From a virus (taxonomy: Duplodnaviria > Heunggongvirae > Uroviricota > Caudoviricetes), in IMG/VR virus record IMGVR_UViG_2627853868_000010: a stretch of 11,563 nucleotides of DNA; one strand, given 5' to 3'. The notes under the pieces are model-generated. The model saw only the letters and a program-made list of their open reading frames with translations. It was not told the DNA's origin and did not search any database. The translations under genes and the position numbers were made by a program. Positions 6,907 through 11,563 of the stretch are shown piece by piece (the stretch's first letter is position 1; each line of letters opens with the position of its first letter).

Positions 6907-6983
6907 TGGACCGCCATCGGGGACTTGAACCCCGCGCAGCCAGCTTCGAAGGCTGGCGCTCTTTCCTGATGAGCTAATGGCGG
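6907..6983 (-). tRNA. argN: tRNA-Arg (anticodon UCG), prophage-encoded
   Basis: Minus-strand 77-nt cloverleaf CCGCCAT-TA-GCTC-ATCAGGAAA-GAGC-G-CCAGC-CTTCGAA-GCTGG-CTGCG-CGGGG-TTCAAGT-CCCCG-ATGGCGG-T-CCA. Gene symbol assigned by position in the cluster. Confidence 0.8.
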
Positions 6984-6990
6984 TATGTGA

Positions 6991-7066
6991 TGGTGGCCCT
7001 TGCTGGATTTGAACCAGCGACCTGGCGATTATGAGTCGCTCGCTCTCACCACTGAGCTAAAGGGCC
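6991..7066 (-). tRNA. ileZ: tRNA-Ile2 (anticodon CAU, ileX-like; reads AUA after lysidine modification), prophage-encoded
   Basis: Minus-strand 76-nt sequence GGCCCTTTAGCTCAGTGGTGAGAGCGAGCGACTCATAATCGCCAGGTCGCTGGTTCAAATCCAGCAAGGGCCACCA, near-identical to E. coli ileX as I recall it; anticodon loop CTCATAA. Confidence 0.85.
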
Positions 7067-7075
7067 GGGAGCCGC

Positions 7076-7104
7076 ATAATAACGACTCGTAATTAATTCT
7101 TCAA
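7076..7104 (-). promoter_or_regulatory. Candidate sigma70 promoter for the tRNA cluster
   Basis: On the minus strand, TTGAAG, a 17-bp spacer, then TATTAT, ending 9 nt before the 5' end of tRNA-Ile2; the -35 lies directly after the methyltransferase stop codon. Confidence 0.45.
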
Positions 7105-7106
7105 TA

Positions 7107-8124
7107 TCATCCGTTCTGGCTGACTAAATCCTGTACTTCCCGAACCGTCTGCTCAAAACGTTCAGTCTCCAGCTCAACGCCAATTGCACGACGCCCGAGC
7201 GCCAGTGCCGCTTTCACTGTCGAACCCGACCCCATGAAAAAATCTGCAATCAGGTCACCCGGACGACTGCTAGCGCTGATTATCTGCTGCAGCATTTCTG
7301 CCGGTTTTTCGCACGGATGTTTCCCGGGATAGAACTGCACCGGTTTATGCGTCCACACATCGGTATACGGCACCTGCACCGTCACGCCAAAATACCGCCG
7401 CAGATGTTTATATTCACTCAGCAGCTCCGCATACTGCCGGTTCAGTGAGGTATACGTATCCACCAGCTGGTGGTGGAGCTTTTCCAGTTCACCACGCCGA
7501 TGCTTCTCTTCTGCCACCCGGGCAAACAGCGCCTGTAATTTCAGATAATCGCTTTCATTCGGCAACTGCCACTGACTGGCACTGAACCAGTGCGACACCA
7601 TGTTTTTCTTTCCTGTGGCATCTGCAATCTGTTTTGCCGTTATCCCCAGGGCAGCTCGCGCATCACGAAAGTAAGAAATCAGCGGGGCCATCACATGCTG
7701 TTTCAGTGCACTGCCCTTCGCCGCATACCCGGCATCTTTCGGACGATACGGCCCCTGATAATGTTCCGCGAACAGAATGCGCTCTGTGGCGGGGAAATAC
7801 GCCCGCAGGCTTTCCTTGTTGCATCCGTTCCAGCGTCCGGACGGCTTCGCCCAGATAATATGGTTCAGCACACTGAAGCGTTCACGCATCATGATTTCGA
7901 TATCAGATGCCAGGCGATGACCACAGAACAGGTAAAGACTTCCGGCAGGTTTCAGCACCCGCCAGAACTGCGCCAGACACTGGTCCAGCCACTTCAGGTA
8001 ATCATCGTCGCCCTTCCACTGGTTATCCCAGCCCTCAGGCTTCACTTTAAAGTACGGCGGGTCCGTGACTATCAGGTCAACAGAATTTTCGGGTAACGAC
8101 CAGATAAATTCCAGGCAGTCGGCG
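7107..8124 (-). CDS. DNA N6-adenine/N4-cytosine methyltransferase (beta-class; DPPY precedes FxGxG), prophage Dam-like orphan MTase; native 5' end removed by IS1
   Basis: Native coding sequence starts at the IS1 junction with ADCLEFIWSLPENSVDLIVTDPPYF (motif IV) and ends with DLIADFFMGSGST...GRRAIGVELE (motif I). No native start codon remains; the frame stays open upstream through IS1/IS2 sequence to 8282. Confidence 0.8.
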
Positions 8125-8142
8125 GGTAATGACTCCAACTTA

Positions 8143-8147
8143 CTGAT
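8143..8147. repeat. 5-bp target-site duplication CTGAT of IS2 (left copy; right copy at 9479-9483)
   Basis: CTGAT immediately flanks both IS2 ends; both copies lie within IS1 terminal sequence. Confidence 0.85.
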
Positions 8148-8238
8148 TAGACTGGCCCCCTGAATCTCCAGACAACCAGTATCACTTAAATAAGTGATAG
8201 TCTTAATACTAGTTTTTAGACTAGTCATTGGAGTACAG

Positions 8239-8604
8239 ATGATTGATGTCTTAGGGCCGGAGAAACGCAGACGGCGTACCACACAGGAAAAGATCGCAAT
8301 TGTTCAGCAGAGCTTTGAACCGGGGATGACGGTCTCCCTCGTTGCCCGGCAACATGGTGTAGCAGCCAGCCAGTTATTTCTCTGGCGTAAGCAATACCAG
8401 GAAGGAAGTCTTACTGCTGTGGCCGCCGGAGAACAGGTTGTTCCTGCCTCTGAACTTGCTGCCGCCATGAAGCAGATTAAAGAACTCCAGCGCCTGCTCG
8501 GCAAGAAAACGATGGAAAATGAACTCCTCAAAGAAGCCGTTGAATATGGACGGGCAAAAAAGTGGATAGCGCACGCGCCCTTATTGCCCGGGGATGGGGA
8601 GTAA
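8239..8604 (+). CDS. insC: IS2 transposase OrfA (InsC)
   Basis: [56 protein letters not shown]... matches IS2 InsC as recalled; ATG at 8239. Confidence 0.9.
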
Positions 8605-9467
8605 GCTTAGTCAGCCGTTGTCTCCGGGTGTCGCGTGCGCAGTTGCACGTCATTCTCAGACGAACCGATGACTGGATGGATGGCCGCCGCAGTCGTCACA
8701 CTGATGATACGGATGTGCTTCTCCGTATACACCATGTTATCGGAGAGCTGCCCACGTATGGTTATCGTCGGGTATGGGCGCTGCTTCGCAGACAGGCAGA
8801 ACTTGATGGTATGCCTGCGATCAATGCCAAACGTGTTTACCGGATCATGCGCCAGAATGCGCTGTTGCTTGAGCGAAAACCTGCTGTACCGCCATCGAAA
8901 CGGGCACATACAGGCAGAGTGGCCGTGAAAGAAAGCAATCAGCGATGGTGCTCTGACGGGTTCGAGTTCTGCTGTGATAACGGAGAGAGACTGCGTGTCA
9001 CGTTCGCGCTGGACTGCTGTGATCGTGAGGCACTGCACTGGGCGGTGACTACCGGCGGCTTCAACAGTGAAACAGTACAGGACGTCATGCTGGGAGCGGT
9101 GGAACGCCGCTTCGGCAACGATCTTCCGTCGTCTCCAGTGGAGTGGCTGACGGATAATGGTTCATGCTACCGGGCTAATGAAACACGCCAGTTCGCCCGG
9201 ATGTTGGGACTTGAACCGAAGAACACGGCGGTGCGGAGTCCGGAGAGTAACGGAATAGCAGAGAGCTTCGTGAAAACGATAAAGCGTGACTACATCAGTA
9301 TCATGCCCAAACCAGACGGGTTAACGGCAGCAAAGAACCTTGCAGAGGCGTTCGAGCATTATAACGAATGGCATCCGCATAGTGCGCTGGGTTATCGCTC
9401 GCCACGGGAATATCTGCGGCAGCGGGCTTGTAATGGGTTAAGTGATAACAGATGTCTGGAAATATAG
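8562..9467 (+). CDS. insD: IS2 transposase OrfB (InsD; DDE catalytic domain)
   Basis: 301-aa [33 protein letters not shown]...WLTDNGSCY...[12 protein letters not shown], matching IS2 InsD as recalled; overlaps insC in the -1 frame. Confidence 0.9.
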
Positions 9468-9979
9468 GGGCAAATCCACTGATAGTGTTTTATGTTCAGA
9501 TAATGCCCGATGACCTTGTCATGCAGCTCCACCGATTTTGAGAACGACAGTGACTTCCGTCCCAGCCTTGCCAGATGTTGTCTCAGATTCAGATTATGTC
9601 GCTCAATGCGCTGAGTGTAACGCTTGCTGATAACGTGCAGCTTTCCCTTCAGGCGTGATTCATACAGCGGCCAGCCATCCGTCATCCATACCACGACCTC
9701 AAAGGCCGACAGCAGGCTCAGAAGACGCTCCAGTGTGGCCAGAGTGCGTTCACCGAAGACGTGCGCCACAACCGTCCTCCGTATCCTGTCATACGCGTAA
9801 AACAGCCAGCGCTGACGTGATTTAGCACCGACGTAGCCCCACTGTTCGTCCATTTCAGCGCAGACAATCACATCACTGCCCGGTTGTATGCGCGAGGTTA
9901 CCGACTGCGGCCTGAGTTTTTTAAGTGACGTAAAACCGTGTTGAGGCCAACGCCCATAATGCGTGCACTGGCGCGACAT
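9392..9979 (-). CDS. insB: IS1 InsB (copy 2) with its stop codon lost to the IS2 insertion; the ORF reads 31 extra codons into IS2
   Basis: 195-aa ORF ...[44 protein letters not shown]...NIKHYQ followed by [28 protein letters not shown] read from the IS2 right end. The native InsB part is 9479-9979. Confidence 0.8.
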
Positions 9980-10173
9980 CCGACGCCATTCATGGCCATA
10001 TCAATGATTTTCTGGTGCGTACCGGGCTGAGAGGCGGTGTAAGTGAACTGTAGTTGCCATGTTTTACGGCAATGAGAGCAGAGATAGCGCTGATGTCCGG
10101 CAGTGCTTTTGCCGTTACGCACCACGCCTTCAGTAGCGGAGCAGGAAGGACATCTGATGGAAATGGAAGCCAC
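9898..10173 (-). CDS. insA: IS1 InsA (copy 2, divergent isoform)
   Basis: 91-aa [43 protein letters not shown]...; differs from the copy at 2874-3149 at several residues. Confidence 0.9.
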   Translation of the reverse strand: MASISIRCPSCSATEGVVRNGKSTAGHQRYLCSHCRKTWQLQFTYTASQPGTHQKIIDMAMNGVGCRASARIMGVGLNTVLRHLKNSGRSR

Positions 10174-10228
10174 GCAAGCACCTTAAAATCACCATCATAC
10201 ACTAAATCAGTAAGTTGGCAGCATTACC

Positions 10229-10476
10229 CGCTCGACGAGTGGAAACCAAAACGGTTCAGTCTCCCAATAACAAACACTACCCTGGTGAAATACGGAAAAC
10301 TAGGATACATCGTTCCAAGACCACAAAAAATTCGTGGGCGTTGGCTGATAGATCGCCGAGCAGTATTTGTTGGGCCTGGTGAAACGGGAATTGCGCCGGA
10401 AATTCATACTGGCGATGATGATGCACTGAAGGAGATTTTAACTCATGTCACCGAGGCCACAAAAAAACAGCACTGA
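10229..10476 (+). CDS. xis: Lambda-type excisionase (Xis)-like, 5'-truncated at the IS1 junction
   Basis: Native sequence from 10229 reads (P)LDEWKPKRFSLPITNTTLVKYGKLGYIVPRPQKIRGRWLIDRRAVFV..., which aligns with lambda Xis (MYLTLQEWNARQRRPRSLETVRRWVRECRIFPPPVKDGREYLF) as recalled. About 4 N-terminal codons and the start are missing. The 3' end overlaps the int start as in lambda. Confidence 0.55.
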
Positions 10477-11563
10477 CGTAGCCGGTCTTTACGAAAAGTT
10501 TGATCGCAGAACTGGCAGAGTTTACTACCAGTATAAAAATCCTGTGACTGGAAAATTTCACGGACTCGGAACAGACAAAGGTAAGGCAGAAAAAATCGCT
10601 TCCACAGCCAATCAGCGAATAGCTGCAGCAGAAGCTGAATATTTCATGCGCAAAATTGATGAAAGTCCGTCAGCAACAAAACGTCGGGGTATCAGATTAA
10701 AGGCATGGGTTGATCGATATCTGAAAATACAGGACACGCGACTGAAAAATGGAGATATTGCAGCTACAACTCACAAAGAAAAAACTCGAATGGCTGCATA
10801 CCTAGTTTCCCGTCTGGGAAACCACCCATTGAAAGAACTGGAAGTAAGAGACTTTGCATTAATACTGGATGAGTGGCTGGATAAAGACATGGTCAGCACA
10901 GCGAGAGTAAATCGTGGATTATGGGTTGATATTTATAAAGAAGCACAGCATGCAGGGGAAGTTCCTCCTGGATGGAATCCTCCGGAGGCTACCCGTAAAC
11001 CGATCCCTAAAGTAACCAGAGCCAGGCTCACCATGGAAGACTGGCAAAAAATTTACAATGCAACGCCTGAAAAACACTTTATCCGTAACGCAATGCTTCT
11101 TGCGATTGTTACTGGTCAGCGCCGTGATGACATTTGCCACATGCGTTTTTCAGATGTGTGGAACGAACACTTGCATATCACCCAGGGAAAAACCGGAATG
11201 CGTCTGGCGTTACCGCTTACACTACGCTGTGATGCCATTGGGATAACGTTAAAAGAAGTTATTGATGGGTGCCGAGACAGAATATTAAGTCCATATCTAA
11301 TCCATAGTCGGCACCAGAAACAACCGAAGCCGATGAGTAAAGACAACCTGAGCGACTACTTTGCCAAAGCACGGGATCTGGCTGGGATAATTCCACCAGC
11401 AGGAAAAACTCCGCCAACATTTCATGAACAACGCTCTCTATCAGAACGGCTGTACCGTGCACAGGGTATCGATACAAAAACATTACTAGGACATAAAGTC
11501 CAGGCAACCACCGATCGCTATAACGATACTCGAGGTCAGGAATGGGTTAAGCTGGTTATTTGA
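10445..11563 (+). CDS. int: Lambda-family tyrosine integrase (site-specific recombinase), complete
   Basis: 372-aa ORF with AGGAG RBS. N-terminal YYQYKNPVTGKFHGLGTDK, central LAIVTGQRRDDICHMRFSDV, and C-terminal PPTFHEQRSLSERLY...LLGHKVQATTDRYNDTRGQEWVKLVI match lambda/HK022 Int (R, H-x-x-R, LLGH, catalytic Y) as recalled. The window ends at its stop codon. Confidence 0.9.
   Translation: MSPRPQKNSTDVAGLYEKFDRRTGRVYYQYKNPVTGKFHGLGTDKGKAEKIASTANQRIAAAEAEYFMRKIDESPSATKRRGIRLKAWVDRYLKIQDTRLKNGDIAATTHKEKTRMAAYLVSRLGNHPLKELEVRDFALILDEWLDKDMVSTARVNRGLWVDIYKEAQHAGEVPPGWNPPEATRKPIPKVTRARLTMEDWQKIYNATPEKHFIRNAMLLAIVTGQRRDDICHMRFSDVWNEHLHITQGKTGMRLALPLTLRCDAIGITLKEVIDGCRDRILSPYLIHSRHQKQPKPMSKDNLSDYFAKARDLAGIIPPAGKTPPTFHEQRSLSERLYRAQGIDTKTLLGHKVQATTDRYNDTRGQEWVKLVI

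Larger units (their letters stand above)
8148..9478 (+). mobile_element. IS2 (1331 bp, IS3 family) inserted into the IS1 terminal inverted repeat
   Basis: Left end TAGACTGGCCCCCTGAATCTCC at 8148 and right end ...ATATAGGGGCAAATCCA at 9478; canonical InsC/InsD ORFs; flanked by the 5-bp direct repeat CTGAT (8143-8147 and 9479-9483). Confidence 0.95.
8125..10228 (-). mobile_element. IS1 (second, divergent copy) interrupted by IS2: IS1 segments 8125-8147 and 9479-10228
   Basis: IS1 terminus GGTAATGACTCCAACTTACTGAT at 8125-8147 and the rest of IS1 from 9479 to the other terminus ...TAAGTTGGCAGCATTACC at 10228; 23 + 745 = 768 bp once one CTGAT copy is removed. Flanking 9-mers (CAGTCGGCG / CGCTCGACG) are not identical. 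Confidence 0.9.

Noticed and set aside
7590-8096. 168-aa + strand ORF antisense to the methyltransferase
   Set aside because: Entirely antisense to a CDS with clear MTase motifs; Arg-rich, no RBS.
8607-9038. 143-aa minus-strand ORF and 97-aa plus-strand ORF inside IS2 insD
   Set aside because: Nested within the IS2 transposase gene in alternative frames; no independent support.
10054-10228. N-terminal 58 codons of the track ORF 10054-10476 (an apparent longer Xis)
   Set aside because: These codons are read from the IS1 terminus, antisense to insA; only the part from 10229 is native xis-like sequence.
10919-11507. Short minus-strand ORFs inside the lambda-type int gene (10919-11140, 11116-11346, 11259-11507) and the + ORF 11058-11246
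   Set aside because: Antisense or out-of-frame within a complete integrase ORF; no signals.
1-11563. CRISPR arrays, retron-like ncRNA/RT pairs, or restriction endonuclease partners for the methyltransferase
   Set aside because: No short direct-repeat/spacer arrays and no reverse transcriptase or REase-like ORF were seen; the MTase is flanked by tRNAs and an IS, so it looks like an orphan prophage enzyme.

Overview
This is an IS-scrambled accessory region of the kind seen in E. coli/Shigella chromosomes. Five IS copies are present: two IS600-like (IS3 family) copies in inverted orientation, two IS1 copies, and one IS2 nested inside an IS1 terminal repeat. They join fragments of two unrelated mobile elements. 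(i) A P4/CP4-57-type integrative island remnant at 368-3693: an integrase pseudogene split by IS1 and cut at its N-terminus by IS600, alpA, a Bro-N antirepressor-like gene, and a convergent operon of a ribbon-helix-helix (RHH) regulator plus a small basic ORF behind a palindromic operator. (ii) A Stx-phage-like lambdoid prophage remnant on the minus strand at 4958-8124: a 5'-truncated DNA methyltransferase, a tRNA cluster (Ile-CAU, Arg-UCG, Arg-UCU) with its own promoter and terminator, an empty slot where stxAB would sit, and a 3'-truncated nanS-p-like sialate O-acetylesterase. A lambda-type xis-int pair sits at the right edge. There are no stx genes, no CRISPR array and no intact prophage. 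The most novel-looking content is the RHH / small ORF / Bro-N / AlpA module between the two IS600 copies. All family assignments are from reading the translated ORFs and sequence motifs, not from database searches.
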